From a virus (taxonomy: Duplodnaviria; Caudoviricetes): 64,000 bases of DNA. Below are positions 1 to 11,266 of this stretch, one piece after another. The DNA is taken from the IMG/VR virus record IMGVR_UViG_3300021364_000018, positions 1,260 to 65,259 of that record. The stretch is one strand, 5' to 3'. The translations under genes and the position numbers were made by a program. How positions within the stretch are numbered: position 1 is the first letter of the stretch; each line of letters opens with the position of its first letter. Below the pieces are notes generated by a model. That model saw only the letters and a list, made by a program, of their open reading frames with translations. It did not search any database and was not told the origin of the DNA.

Positions 1-3000
1 CAATGTCTGCCATTGTAAATCTTCTGTAGTCTTTAGACCTTACTTTAATTTCTTTTACATTTTTAGTAAATGGTGGAACAAATAGTTCAAACATCTCTAA
101 TGAATCATCGATTCTGGTTGGTCGAGAAGGAGTGATTGAAGGATTACCTTGCGATACTATGAACTCGCCACCTTTGTGTAAGAAAATTTTATCTATTCTT
201 GGAACATAGAAACTAATATTACCTGCAATCATTGATGTAGGTAATGGGCATCTACTAAATGAAGGTCTAGCAGCAGTGATATCTGCGTTTGCTTTTGCAC
301 TTCCGTCATAAGGAATGTTTTCTCTTGCACTCTCGTAATTTCTTGCTTCATAAACAAAAGGTGCAATCTTTATACCTTCACCTGAACCATTTGATGAATC
401 GTAATCTGAAATATCAACAGTTGATGTAATATCAAAATTACTTGTAGTTAAACCAAATGCTGAACTTGGGAATATTTGACCAACACTTGGTCTAAAGTCT
501 ACTGCATCTGCAAGTTCAAACTGACCATCTGGTTCAAAACCACCTAAGTCAACTTTGTTTGGAGAAAAGTTTGGTATATCTACATAGTCGATATCAGAAT
601 ATGAACCTACATCATAGAAATCACCGTCACCACCTACGAAGTAATCAAAGATGATTGTTAATGCGTTGTTAGGGGCAGGTTCGCCTTGTTTTCTAATAAT
701 CTTACCATGGTCATAGAAACCATCTCTTTGACCGTTATCTAAGTAAAATCTATTAGCAATGTTTGGTGATGCAGTGTGTAAAGTTGTAATTGTTGCGACT
801 GCATTAGTTGATTCATCAACTACAGTTTCACCTTCTGTAAATTTGTTATCTGTTAGATAGTAAAAATATGAACGACCACCTGAGTTGAAGTCGATTAATT
901 TTGCACGAACACCTGATGTTTGTCCTTTGACAAAATGACCTGTATCAAAAGAACCTGATGATACATCTAATGTGAAACTTGGTGGTGTTGCAACTTGTTT
1001 TGACCCAACTGTTGTAGTTGTTCCTGGAACTGCTTCATAGATTGCACGAATCTTATACACATCTGAAACACCCAATGAAATTTCTTGGTGTTTATATGAA
1101 GTTCCGTAGAAATTGTCAATAGTATTACCACTCGATACTTCTAATGACCTGTATTCTCTTAATGTCTTACTTTTTCTACTTGGGTTAGCAACGATTACAG
1201 TCCAAGATGCTCTGACTCTTCCGTTTTGGTCATCCGCATTACCGATTTGAACTGTTTTAGATGTTGTGCCTGTAATTGAGACATCATCTCCTTTTAAAAC
1301 ATTACCTAATGCTCTCTGAGGCGATGAACCTGAACCCGCTTTGATAATTGCGAATTGATAATTATCGTTGTTTACAGCAGAGAAGGTTTCATCTGATGAC
1401 TTAGTGATTGATATTTGACCGTTAGCATCAATATTAAATTCTTCTTGTCTTCTTACAGTGCATAATGTTGGCGTATGTTCTTTAACATAGTCTCTAGGCC
1501 ATGCGAAGATAGATGCTGATTGGTCTTGATTGTAGAGTTTCGCTCTTCTTCTAATTAATGAAACTTGATTTAATGCTGTCACACCTGATGAAGCAACTGT
1601 TTGTGCGTTTGAATTATCTGTGACTTCACTAATTACTTGTTGAGTACCGTTGCCATCTAATATGACATCGCCTATTCTCAGTTCTGTTAAGAATGCAGTT
1701 CCGATACCTGTAAGAGCACCACTTGTTGACAAATTAGATGAACCTGATATAATCTTATCATTATCTAAAATGATGTTAGCAGTGAAATTACCGTCTGATG
1801 AATCTGATGGACTTTGTGCGACACTTCTTGCATCTTCAATGTTGAAAGGTCTGACTTTTTGAATAGCACCACCAGAAGTAGATGTTGACCTTCTTCCGAA
1901 TGTTTGAATATCATTACCGTCAACGAATGTACCGTTTACATCTGATATAAACAAATAATTGTTAGAAGCATCTATTGCTTGAATAATACCTGTTGCACCT
2001 GTGTCTAGCGACATAATTTTATCGCCTACTGCATACAATGAACCTGATACAGATGACATTTCAAGTCTTGTAAACATCTTAATGTCGAATAGATACAAGT
2101 TCAATAAAGATGATGATTGTTCATCTATGTTTCTTACTCTTGCGAAACCTATTTGATGTTGAGTTGCATTACCCAAAGCATCAGGTATTGTGCCTGCACT
2201 TGAATTTGCTTGTGAATAAAGTATAATAGGTTTGTAAGACTCAATAGATGTTGATTCACCAAACTCTGGTAAACCAAATGCATCTTGAATTCTAAGTTTA
2301 TTACCTAATCTTGCAGGTGTATTAGCATTTGATAATGATTCTGTTGTTCTTGCTTTATTGATTTCAATAGGAGTTGTTCCTGTTTTTTCAATTTCATAAC
2401 CTTTAACATATGCTTTACCAGGCGATGCCATAAACATAACTTTAGATTCGTCACCACCTTGATAATCTTCGTAGTAACCTCTATTGAAATCTTTTAATAA
2501 GTGTTCTCTAAATGAATGTGTAAATTGTCTTATAACGAAATCACCATTTGCATCGAATGTTCTTCGTGCTAGTGAGTTTTCGATATGATTGTAAATTGGT
2601 CTATTAACTTCTAGTTCAATGACACCTGCGTTTACTCTTCCTAATTCTATGAAGTTAGTATCAGTGACATCTGTTAATGTGTATTTTGCAAGATTTAAAG
2701 AAAATTTTAATCTATCAGCGCCAGGTGCGTTTTCGTTTGTTGAACCTTGAGCATTATCTAATAGTGAATTGTCTTCTGAACTTGTCACTAGAGATTCTAC
2801 TATGTTGATACCGATTCTATATGAAGGTTTACCTGAATATTTCTCTAATGTGATAACTTGTTTTTCTACTTTAACAAAGTATCCTCTTAAAAAGAGAACA
2901 CCCTCTGATACTGAAGCAATAGATGCTCTACCTACAGGGTCATCTCCTAATGATTTGACTTTGAATTCGTTATTGTTAGATGCTGAAGTTGCAGTTCCAT

Positions 3001-3490
3001 CAGCGTCAAGTGTGATTTCTCTTAGTTCTTCTGCACCTTTAAATCTAACTGAAGCGGCAGTTGTAGATGTTCCGTCTGTACCCTCTTGTAAGTATTTGAC
3101 TATAAGTGTATCAGGTTCTGTTTCAGTTTGTGCTTCAGTGTTTACCACTAATGCGATACAACCTGACTCTTCACCTTGAATTAATTTGTCTTTGAAACCT
3201 GATAGATAACTTGCAACAGCGGCGTTTCCTGATGTGTTAGGATTGTCTGAATCGACTTTTACATATTCGACATCCATATCGATATCTGACTCAGCGCCAT
3301 TAACGATACTGCCCTCTTTGAACATATGATTACCAAATTTTTGAATTTGGTTTTGTAAGATTGATTGTGACTGAGTTAACTCTCTTGCCTGAATAGGTCG
3401 ACCTGCACGGAATAAGACCTTATGAAAGTTTTTGTCCTCTGAATAATCATCGTAATAGGGTGATATGTTTAAGTCTGTTTTCTCTGCCAT
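1..3490 (-). CDS. Large virion structural protein, VrlC-like/DUF4815 family (runs off the left window edge)
   Basis: Not in the ORF track. Manual translation from ATG at 3490 gives MAEKTDLNISPYYDDYSEDKNFHKVLFRAGRPIQARELTQ, the typical N-terminus of this family; it follows gp8. Confidence 0.85.
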   Translation of the reverse strand, partial: MAEKTDLNISPYYDDYSEDKNFHKVLFRAGRPIQARELTQSQSILQNQIQKFGNHMFKEGSIVNGAESDIDMDVEYVKVDSDNPNTSGNAAVASYLSGFKDKLIQGEESGCIALVVNTEAQTETEPDTLIVKYLQEGTDGTSTTAASVRFKGAEELREITLDADGTATSASNNNEFKVKSLGDDPVGRASIASVSEGVLFLRGYFVKVEKQVITLEKYSGKPSYRIGINIVESLVTSSEDNSLLDNAQGSTNENAPGADRLKFSLNLAKYTLTDVTDTNFIELGRVNAGVIELEVNRPIYNHIENSLARRTFDANGDFVIRQFTHSFREHLLKDFNRGYYEDYQGGDESKVMFMASPGKAYVKGYEIEKTGTTPIEINKARTTESLSNANTPARLGNKLRIQDAFGLPEFGESTSIESYKPIILYSQANSSAGTIPDALGNATQHQIGFARVRNIDEQSSSLLNLYLFDIKMFTRLEMSSVSGSLYAVGDKIMSLDTGATGIIQAIDASNNYLFISDVNGTFVDGNDIQTFGRRSTSTSGGAIQKVRPFNIEDARSVAQSPSDSSDGNFTANIILDNDKIISGSSNLSTSGALTGIGTAFLTELRIGDVILDGNGTQQVISEVTDNSNAQTVASSGVTALNQVSLIRRRAKLYNQDQSASIFAWPRDYVKEHTPTLCTVRRQEEFNIDANGQISITKSSDETFSAVNNDNYQFAIIKAGSGSSPQRALGNVLKGDDVSITGTTSKTVQIGNADDQNGRVRASWTVIVANPSRKSKTLREYRSLEVSSGNTIDNFYGTSYKHQEISLGVSDVYKIRAIYEAVPGTTTTVGSKQVATPPSFTLDVSSGSFDTGHFVKGQTSGVRAKLIDFNSGGRSYFYYLTDNKFTEGETVVDESTNAVATITTLHTASPNIANRFYLDNGQRDGFYDHGKIIRKQGEPAPNNALTIIFDYFVGGDGDFYDVGSYSDIDYVDIPNFSPNKVDLGGFEPDGQFELADAVDFRPSVGQIFPSSAFGLTTSNFDITSTVDISDYDSSNGSGEGIKIAPFVYEARNYESARENIPYDGSAKANADITAARPSFSRCPLPTSMIAGNISFYVPRIDKIFLHKGGEFIVSQGNPSITPSRPTRIDDSLEMFELFVPPFTKNVKEIKVRSKDYRRFTMADI

Positions 3491-3508
3491 GTTTTGCTTC
3501 TTTTGTTG

Positions 3509-3526
3509 TGGGGTCTATTGACCCCA
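3509..3526. other. Intergenic hairpin between gp8 and the VrlC-like gene
   Basis: TGGGGTC-TATT-GACCCCA; no U-tract on the coding (-) strand. Confidence 0.5.
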
Positions 3527-3530
3527 TTAA

Positions 3531-5000
3531 TTACATTTCGATAATCAGTTTGATATCTTCAATTTGGTCAGCAGCCCTTGTCACTGCACCTCTATTTTCA
3601 ACATAGAGAATTTGACCTGAGAATCTAGTCATCTCTGGATGAGCAGTAGAAACTCCGTCTGAATTAACATCAGCAACTTTAGTACCATCGACATAAACTT
3701 CATCTGAGTTTGCAAAGTCGACATACTCACCACCTGAGTTAACTACAGGTAATGTTTTGATAACATTATTTGTTTTAGATACAACTCTATGTTTAGCAGT
3801 AGTTGCTGATTCTGAGTTTGAATCCATAATAATGTCATCTACTGAGATACTAGCAGCGTTGTCAACTGTTATCTGACTTGTTGCTGTTAGTGATGTTTCA
3901 CCTGAAATAGTTGAATCAGATGATTGAACTGGATTCTTAATAAGACCAATTCTTCTAAAATCGTTATCAGTTGGGAAATCACCTGCACCTTCGCCGAACT
4001 CTAAACGAGAGTTGACGATAACATAGTTACCACCCATTTCTTCGATTGGGTTAGCACCATGTCCGTTGATTGGTGAAATGATTGGTTTGATTGAACCACC
4101 AGAACCGCCTGAGATTCCTGAAATTGTAGAATCTAAAGTTGGGAAAGATGCTCTTTTATAACCTGAACCATATGATGATGAATCTTTAAATGTGACTGAA
4201 CTTATTGAACCACCTGAGAAGTTGATAGTTGCGACAGCACCTGAACCATCTCCTTCTACAGCGACATCAACTGAGTCACCTGAGTCTAAAGTATAACCTG
4301 AACCTGCTTGTTCTACGATGTAATGATAGATTGCACCATCAACTGAAGCATTTTCTACATCCCATTGTGAACTTCCATCATCATCAGCAGTTGAACCGAA
4401 TTCGCCGTTTGTTCCTGAACCAGCGACTCCTGATTTTGCACCTAATGTTTTAACTGGAATAAAGTCGTTAGTCACGAACTTAATAACATCTGATGCTGAA
4501 ACTGTATACATGAACTTCCAAAGATAACCGTCACCTGTTGCTTCAGGATTTACAGTATCTACAGAAGTAGGTTTGACTGTTGAATTTACAGGACTTCCTG
4601 ATGATGTGCCTGTTCTAAGACATTTATACACTTTATATTCATCAGTGATTACATAACCTCTTCCATCGAAGAAGTTTGATACACCTGTGACATTAGTAGG
4701 ATTAGCAGAAGAATAATTATCTCTCCACTCATCATACTGTGTATTGCCTGTTGAGTCCCAATCATATCTGACTAGACCATGTGTAATATCAGAAGTTGCT
4801 ACTTTTTTAAGAGCAATCATATCTTCATATGCTTGTATCTCTTCTGATTCTGAATTAGCTGGTGCAGGAGGACTTGTATCGTCTGCCCAACTATGACTTC
4901 TGCCAATGAAGATATAGTTTGAAGAGTTTGCTTCACCAAAATCTTCAATGAACTGCCTTGCATTGTGCGTTCTAAATTTTTCTGTTATTATTGCTGCCAT
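3531..5000 (-). CDS. gp8: Baseplate wedge subunit gp8
   Basis: MAAIIT.KFR..NA start, YKVYKCL, DGYLWKFMY, NDFRRIGL and the C-terminal YVENR..TRAADQIEDIKLIIE motif. Confidence 0.9.
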   Translation of the reverse strand: MAAIITEKFRTHNARQFIEDFGEANSSNYIFIGRSHSWADDTSPPAPANSESEEIQAYEDMIALKKVATSDITHGLVRYDWDSTGNTQYDEWRDNYSSANPTNVTGVSNFFDGRGYVITDEYKVYKCLRTGTSSGSPVNSTVKPTSVDTVNPEATGDGYLWKFMYTVSASDVIKFVTNDFIPVKTLGAKSGVAGSGTNGEFGSTADDDGSSQWDVENASVDGAIYHYIVEQAGSGYTLDSGDSVDVAVEGDGSGAVATINFSGGSISSVTFKDSSSYGSGYKRASFPTLDSTISGISGGSGGSIKPIISPINGHGANPIEEMGGNYVIVNSRLEFGEGAGDFPTDNDFRRIGLIKNPVQSSDSTISGETSLTATSQITVDNAASISVDDIIMDSNSESATTAKHRVVSKTNNVIKTLPVVNSGGEYVDFANSDEVYVDGTKVADVNSDGVSTAHPEMTRFSGQILYVENRGAVTRAADQIEDIKLIIEM

Positions 5001-5034
5001 TTTTCTCTAAACTCCAGTTTATTTATTAAACTAT

Positions 5035-8000
5035 TTATAACGACTGTAAGGTCGAATTTGTTATATTTGATGAATTAACATAAGAACTGAATGCAATATT
5101 CGTTCTTTTTCTTTCGTGTAGTGGTAATTCATTGACATAGAAGTTTCCTAGTTGTTCTTCTAACTGAGAAATAGTCAAACCTGTTGCTTCTACATCTTCC
5201 ATTAATATACCACTGATTCCGTCTTCCATTAAGATTTTATCTTCATCATTTGTATCAGAAGTTTCATCTAATAGATAATGTGATATCTTATAACAGTTCT
5301 GGAATGCAATCTTATTTAGAGTTCTAAAAGTATGCCCTAGAGGAACAAAAGTATGAACACTCTCGCCTGCACCTTCTTTAATAAGAACATCTCCATTCTC
5401 CATTACAATTCTATCATGGTCTTCGTAATACAAGAATGGCGAATGTAAATCAATCGACCTTTCAGTGACGAAGAACTCTCTATCTTCTGGTACAGTATCA
5501 TCTTCTAACAAAATTGTACCTGAATCGTCTTCCATTAAGATTTTGTGACCATGCAAGTCACCCTTATCAACAGGGTCAAATCTTAAATTGTTTAAAGGTT
5601 CTTCATTTAATATTTTATATCCATCTTCGAGTATGAGTATCTCTTCTGATGGATGATAATATTGAAAAACCTTACCTTGGTCAGACGGTCTAACACCGAT
5701 TGCCCCATATTCACTATCGATTGGGAACGATGTTTCTTTTATATAGTAATCATTATCAGGTGTATCTAAGTTAAGAACACTGATTACTCCGTCTAATCTT
5801 GGCGACCTTTGATTCAACAATGTGACGGACTCTGCTACAGGTGCAATCGGTAAACTTACTCTTGCATCAATAACAGCGTTTGTCGAATCGTTAATGAATT
5901 TTTTAATTGTATGAACATTGTAATGAGCATTCTCATGTAAATCTTTATTCTTCTCATTACCTGCATCACGAAGTTGAGTAATCATATCTTGAGCATTCAC
6001 TTCGTCTGCTGTAGTCCATAACATCAATACTGTTTCTTTTGATGTTTGTGCGATATTATCTCTAGAATCTTCGTTCTCTAATAGATGACCATCTTCTAAT
6101 AGAATTCTATGTTCTATGTCTCTTGTTGATTCTTCTAATAAGACATTGTTTGTTGGGAATGCCGTAATGATAATTGTCGGAACGAACTTAGTAGATAATA
6201 TACCTAATTTGTTATCTTCGTTTACATCGAATCTACCTTCAATATCTGAACTTAATATCTGAGTCTTAACTGCAACTTCACCAAAGAAGATGTGACCAGA
6301 TGGATGAATTAAGTCTTTTACAATTGAACGATAGTTGTTGATTGACTCACCAACTTTAATGATGTATGAATGTGATTGATAAAGTTTACTATCATGTATG
6401 TTAGCAACTTTAGAATCTGCGAAACCTGTATCACTGAGGAATGAATCGTTTAATAGACCTTCACCAGCGACTGTTCCTCTTCCTGTGTAAGGAGAGTTTT
6501 TAATGATATCGAAACTATCACTATTCTCGTATCTGACTTTCTCGTTATCGATAAACATTCCATTTAACTGTTTGTATTTTAGAATGTGTCTTTGAGAATC
6601 ATATGATTGTATTAATGCTGTTGCGCCTGATGATTGACCTGTTATCTGAACATCTTGGTTTAGATTTCCTGTAGGTGTAGTAATCATCATATTGTAATAT
6701 GATGTAGCATCAATTATCGCATCACTATCGAACTCATCACCTTGCGATGTGATTGTTAATTTTTCTACACCGCCGATTGAATCTGAATATGAGAATAGAC
6801 TTGCACCTGTACCTGTTGATACAGTTGTTTGTGTTAGTGTTTTTTGAGTTAAAGAGTTAGAACCTCTAATTGCTTCTCCGACTGAGAAAGCATTAATATC
6901 TGTTGAAGTTCTTTTGATAACGAGTCTATTACTTTTAGACTCTACTCTTATTATACTACCTGTTGCATCTGATGTCAACCCAACTATACCTTCTCCTTTT
7001 TGGAAACCTGATACATCATCAAAGTATAGATAACCACCTGGGAATGCAGTTGGTAATTTTGTATAACCTGCACCTGCGTTTGTTATTTGAACAGACCTAA
7101 TTCTCTGGTCTGTTATAACATTAACAAAGTTTCCACTGTTGAGGACATCTTCTACTTCATATGCATTCAATAACATCTCAGTGCCATCTTCATAGAGTAG
7201 TCTACTTTTATCTGTAAATATCTCCACTCTTTCTCCCCCTAAAAGTGTAGGAGGTGTAGTGAACACGATGCTATCTCTAAAAACTTGATAATGTTCAGGA
7301 TTCTGAACGATACCGTTAATGTGAACTTCTACTGCTTTGTTTACAGCATTGATTGCTATTGGTTTGCCATGGTCATCTCTTACTGCTTTACCATTGAGCA
7401 TACCACCGAAATGCACTTGACCTGCTTCAGCAGTGATTTCATACTGTTCAAAGGCAAGAGCATCTTCTAATATAATCTCATCACCAACAGAACCGATAAG
7501 TGCTTCTGCACCATTACCACCTGTTGCTGAGTTATCGAAGACAATTAAATCACCACCCTCGTAGTTGATACCACCCTCTTCGATGAAAATTCTTTCTACG
7601 CCACCTCTTGTTAGACCTGTGACATTTGCTTTTGCTAATAGTGTATCTGTATCTGCTTTACCGCCTGAGTAATTGATAACATCTTGCATATCATACAAGG
7701 AACCAATTGTAGATTGTTCATGAACAATACCACTTCCTGTTTCAAGTAATAAATCACCTGAGTCATCTTCTAAACTTACAAAGATAGATGATGAACTATC
7801 AGAAGGTTTTGATACAACACCTTTTAATGTTCCGACATATTTTGTCACACCATCTCTATCTACGAATGTGACTTCTCTATTGAATTCAAACTCACCTCGA
7901 TGTTCTAGGGATATCGATACTGAGTATTTTCCTGCGTTCTCATCAATGATGAAAACATTTTCTACGATTGCTTCGGCAGATATTAATGTCGGATTTATAA

Positions 8001-8814
8001 TATCATACTGAATAATCTTATCTGTTCTCTTAGGTGTTCCGCCTGGTTCCATAGTGACGGATACTCTTCTCTCTTCGTTATATGCTGAACCTGAAGCGAA
8101 TAGAGTTTCGTCTATCGGATACTTGACTTCTGCATTTTCGCCATATAGAAGTCGCATTAAGAACTTGACTGATTCAGCAGTACCTTTTTGTTTGTATAAC
8201 GAACCAATGTTCTTTAATGTTAATCTTGCGTTTTGTGTTTCTTTTAAATCTAGTGACGGAATGAAATCTTTTTGGAAATATTTTAAGAACGATTCTAATG
8301 TTCTATCAATATCTGAATAGTCTAATAGTCTGTTTGATGCAACAACTGAGTTCTCTTTATAATTCTTAACTACACCTGTTTGTTTACCATCTCGACCTTC
8401 TATAGATTCGCTTTCTGCAAAACCTGTACCTGATATCGTATCAACTATTAGTGTTAGACCATTAATAACTTTTATCTTTGCAACTGAACCGTTTGTTTTA
8501 CCATAGATGTATTCACCTACTTGAAATGGTTCTGTTGGAGATTCTTGTAATAGTTTTGATGTGTCAATATCAGGAGCGGCAGGGTCGGTACCTCTTTCGA
8601 TTAATATCTTAGATTCTTCTAGAGAAGTACCGTCCTCTAACCTGACGCCCTCTAAATCGCCTTGCGATTCGAGGACTATTATTTCGGATTCTAGGTACTC
8701 GAAATACGCTTGTAAGAATTCTTCAAAGAAAGGTGAGTCTTCTCTGATATGTTCAGGAAGAAGACTCGGTAATCTTGTCGATAATCTATCTACAATGTGT
8801 TTTTCGTGTGCCAT
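5035..8814 (-). CDS. gp7: Baseplate wedge initiator gp7-like
   Basis: LPEHIRE..FL.AYFEYLE, LYKQKGT.ES.KFL.RLLYGE, YQSHSY.IK and HPSG motifs; lies between gp6 and gp8. Confidence 0.8.
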   Translation of the reverse strand: MAHEKHIVDRLSTRLPSLLPEHIREDSPFFEEFLQAYFEYLESEIIVLESQGDLEGVRLEDGTSLEESKILIERGTDPAAPDIDTSKLLQESPTEPFQVGEYIYGKTNGSVAKIKVINGLTLIVDTISGTGFAESESIEGRDGKQTGVVKNYKENSVVASNRLLDYSDIDRTLESFLKYFQKDFIPSLDLKETQNARLTLKNIGSLYKQKGTAESVKFLMRLLYGENAEVKYPIDETLFASGSAYNEERRVSVTMEPGGTPKRTDKIIQYDIINPTLISAEAIVENVFIIDENAGKYSVSISLEHRGEFEFNREVTFVDRDGVTKYVGTLKGVVSKPSDSSSSIFVSLEDDSGDLLLETGSGIVHEQSTIGSLYDMQDVINYSGGKADTDTLLAKANVTGLTRGGVERIFIEEGGINYEGGDLIVFDNSATGGNGAEALIGSVGDEIILEDALAFEQYEITAEAGQVHFGGMLNGKAVRDDHGKPIAINAVNKAVEVHINGIVQNPEHYQVFRDSIVFTTPPTLLGGERVEIFTDKSRLLYEDGTEMLLNAYEVEDVLNSGNFVNVITDQRIRSVQITNAGAGYTKLPTAFPGGYLYFDDVSGFQKGEGIVGLTSDATGSIIRVESKSNRLVIKRTSTDINAFSVGEAIRGSNSLTQKTLTQTTVSTGTGASLFSYSDSIGGVEKLTITSQGDEFDSDAIIDATSYYNMMITTPTGNLNQDVQITGQSSGATALIQSYDSQRHILKYKQLNGMFIDNEKVRYENSDSFDIIKNSPYTGRGTVAGEGLLNDSFLSDTGFADSKVANIHDSKLYQSHSYIIKVGESINNYRSIVKDLIHPSGHIFFGEVAVKTQILSSDIEGRFDVNEDNKLGILSTKFVPTIIITAFPTNNVLLEESTRDIEHRILLEDGHLLENEDSRDNIAQTSKETVLMLWTTADEVNAQDMITQLRDAGNEKNKDLHENAHYNVHTIKKFINDSTNAVIDARVSLPIAPVAESVTLLNQRSPRLDGVISVLNLDTPDNDYYIKETSFPIDSEYGAIGVRPSDQGKVFQYYHPSEEILILEDGYKILNEEPLNNLRFDPVDKGDLHGHKILMEDDSGTILLEDDTVPEDREFFVTERSIDLHSPFLYYEDHDRIVMENGDVLIKEGAGESVHTFVPLGHTFRTLNKIAFQNCYKISHYLLDETSDTNDEDKILMEDGISGILMEDVEATGLTISQLEEQLGNFYVNELPLHERKRTNIAFSSYVNSSNITNSTLQSL

Positions 8815-8826
8815 TAAATTATCCTA

Positions 8827-9321
8827 TTAGATGCCTTGAACAGAAGAGTTAGTTCCGACTACGCTTAGTGGATACCAAACTAAATCTGAATCTGACCCTA
8901 ATGCAATCAATACACATGCCCCACCTGTTGCTAATACGATGTGAGGTCCTGAACCTGTTGAAGTCCAAGAGTTAACAGTGATGTCAACATTTTGTGCAAC
9001 TGCATCATCTTTTCTTACGATGATTTTGATTTGACCAACTGAAGCGCCATCAGCTAAAGTCATTGCAACATCTGAACCACTTTGACCTGTAATGTCAATC
9101 AAAGATACTGCTTCAGTTGCTGAAACTACTGATGAAGATTCGTCTAATGCTTCAACATCATCGAATGCAATGTAAGTTGGAAGATTGTTAAACATTCTTG
9201 CCAAACTCATTTTTTTGTTAACAGGTGTTCCTGATGGATTGTCAACGATGTGTAGTAAATCTACTGCGTTTACATCACCAGCCGCTATCTCTGTTAGAGC
9301 GGTTATTTTTTTATCTGCCAT
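8827..9321 (-). CDS. Small virion structural protein
   Basis: MADKKITALT start typical of fibre/virion proteins; strong SD AGGAGG. Confidence 0.6.
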   Translation of the reverse strand: MADKKITALTEIAAGDVNAVDLLHIVDNPSGTPVNKKMSLARMFNNLPTYIAFDDVEALDESSSVVSATEAVSLIDITGQSGSDVAMTLADGASVGQIKIIVRKDDAVAQNVDITVNSWTSTGSGPHIVLATGGACVLIALGSDSDLVWYPLSVVGTNSSVQGI

Positions 9322-9394
9322 TTTAGTTTCCTCCTATAAAAACCAAGTTAATGGAATGCTACTTACGGTAAATGCCGTAATCACCTTATTCATA

Positions 9395-11266
9395 TTAATA
9401 TGATGTGCTTGATGTAGAGTTATATCCTATACCAGCACTACTTTCACCACTTGAAATGGTGTCAACTTCACCTGTTACTTTAATGTCATCGACACTGATG
9501 TCAATCAAAGAACCTCTGATTGCAACAACATCGTCACTTTCTGGTATCACGGTGAAATCGATTGATGTATCACTGTTTACTGTTGAGGTAAACTTAATGG
9601 CATCAATCGAAACTTTACCACTGGCGTAATCTATTGTGCCAGCAGATGAATCTGCGATGACTCTCTGACCTGATGCGAGACTATATCGTCTTACATTGCC
9701 TGAACCGTCATCATCAAAGAAGTATGTATTTACAGAATCGCCATCTACTTTGAAACCTGTTGATACTAAAATACCACCTGACATTTTGTTATGTCCGTCA
9801 TGTGGGTGATAGAATGAGTTTCCGAAATTGATAACTAAACCTTCTGAGAAATTTAATTTTACATCTTTCTTCTTTCTTAATCTTATGTTTGTTATGTTTG
9901 AAAGAATAGAATCGTTTATCTCGTCAATCGCCTTAACAAGATTTGAATGTCTAAAGATTGCATCAAAGTTGTTAAGATTTGTATTATCGAAATTGACGAT
10001 ACCTGTTCTTACTAATTGTTCTAATTCTCCCTTTGAAAGAGTTGTGTCATTCTTATTGTATTTGAATACTGTTGATATAAGAATCTTGACTATCTCTGCA
10101 TCTTTGATAACAGGTCTAACAGTCAACATATTAAGTTGATTAAGTTTGTTTTGAACTTCTGTTTTTTCTGTTTCAGATAGATAGTCTGAGTTTTGTGGTT
10201 TAAGTGATATGAACACTTTACCATATTCAGGTGGGTCGTTGTCTTCACCACCCCATACTGCAACTGCATCAGCATTCGGATAATACTCTTGCACTTTTGC
10301 TTTATAGTCATTCAATGTGACTAATCTGTTTTGTGATGTATAGAATTTTGTTGCCTTAAACTTGATTGAATCAATTGATTCTTTTTCTGCACCACCTGAT
10401 GAACTTGATAATGTTGTGATTGATGCATTTGTAAATCCGTTAATTGCATCTACCATTGAAAATATCTTTGCACCATCGGCATGAAAATCATCAACTACGA
10501 TATATGTGATATCTATTGTGTCGCCATCTAATAGTTCTTTACCTAAGACACCATCACCAAAATAAATCTCTATGAAACCTTCTTCGTTTTCTTGGGTGTA
10601 AAATACTCTAGTTGAATTTGTAATTGTAGATACATCAGTTGACAATGAAAATTTGTTTGAGAAACCACCTGATGTGACTGATACTTCTAATTTAGATTTA
10701 TCAACTCTTGCATTTGACAAAACAAATTTAGAGTTTTTAATTTGACTATCATATACAAAGGTATCTGTTATGTATTGACCTTGAACTAAGTTTACATTTT
10801 CGTATTTAAAATTCAAACCATCTCTAGTCGGTATGATTGAATCTGCATTTACATAGTTGTATGATACGCCGTCATAGACTGAAACAAAATTATGACCTCT
10901 AGCAAGTCTCATCTGGTCACCTGTAGGGATTGTGCCATCGATGTTTCTTATATTGTTCATTGATAATTCTACAATAGCAGTAGATGCTTTCTCTGATGCA
11001 GGTGTAAAACCTAAGTCTTTTGCTCTTGATACTACATTCTTACGAATCTGTGCTGAATCTAGGAATAATTCTGAAGCGGCGATGTTTGTATTGACACCAC
11101 CGATATGTGATGCATATGCCAACATATCAATAAGAACTGACATGTTTGAACCTTCGAAGTCATAGTCTTTAAATTTGTCTTGACCTTTGAGATATGTTTT
11201 AATATTATCGACTATATCATCAAAGTCTAAATCGGTTGCGTTTATTTGTGAACTTTTTACTGCCAT
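9395..11266 (-). CDS. gp6: Baseplate wedge subunit gp6
   Basis: LDFDDI..LK..F.DYDFEGS, ELFLDSA..R, IYFGDGV.GK, QNRLVT..DY, WGGEDNDPPEYGKVFIS. Confidence 0.95.
   Translation of the reverse strand: MAVKSSQINATDLDFDDIVDNIKTYLKGQDKFKDYDFEGSNMSVLIDMLAYASHIGGVNTNIAASELFLDSAQIRKNVVSRAKDLGFTPASEKASTAIVELSMNNIRNIDGTIPTGDQMRLARGHNFVSVYDGVSYNYVNADSIIPTRDGLNFKYENVNLVQGQYITDTFVYDSQIKNSKFVLSNARVDKSKLEVSVTSGGFSNKFSLSTDVSTITNSTRVFYTQENEEGFIEIYFGDGVLGKELLDGDTIDITYIVVDDFHADGAKIFSMVDAINGFTNASITTLSSSSGGAEKESIDSIKFKATKFYTSQNRLVTLNDYKAKVQEYYPNADAVAVWGGEDNDPPEYGKVFISLKPQNSDYLSETEKTEVQNKLNQLNMLTVRPVIKDAEIVKILISTVFKYNKNDTTLSKGELEQLVRTGIVNFDNTNLNNFDAIFRHSNLVKAIDEINDSILSNITNIRLRKKKDVKLNFSEGLVINFGNSFYHPHDGHNKMSGGILVSTGFKVDGDSVNTYFFDDDGSGNVRRYSLASGQRVIADSSAGTIDYASGKVSIDAIKFTSTVNSDTSIDFTVIPESDDVVAIRGSLIDISVDDIKVTGEVDTISSGESSAGIGYNSTSSTSY

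Noticed and set aside
9322-9394. Hairpin TTACGG/CCGTAA upstream of the 164-aa gene
   Set aside because: Only 6 bp with weak flanking pairing; most likely an ordinary mRNA stability element
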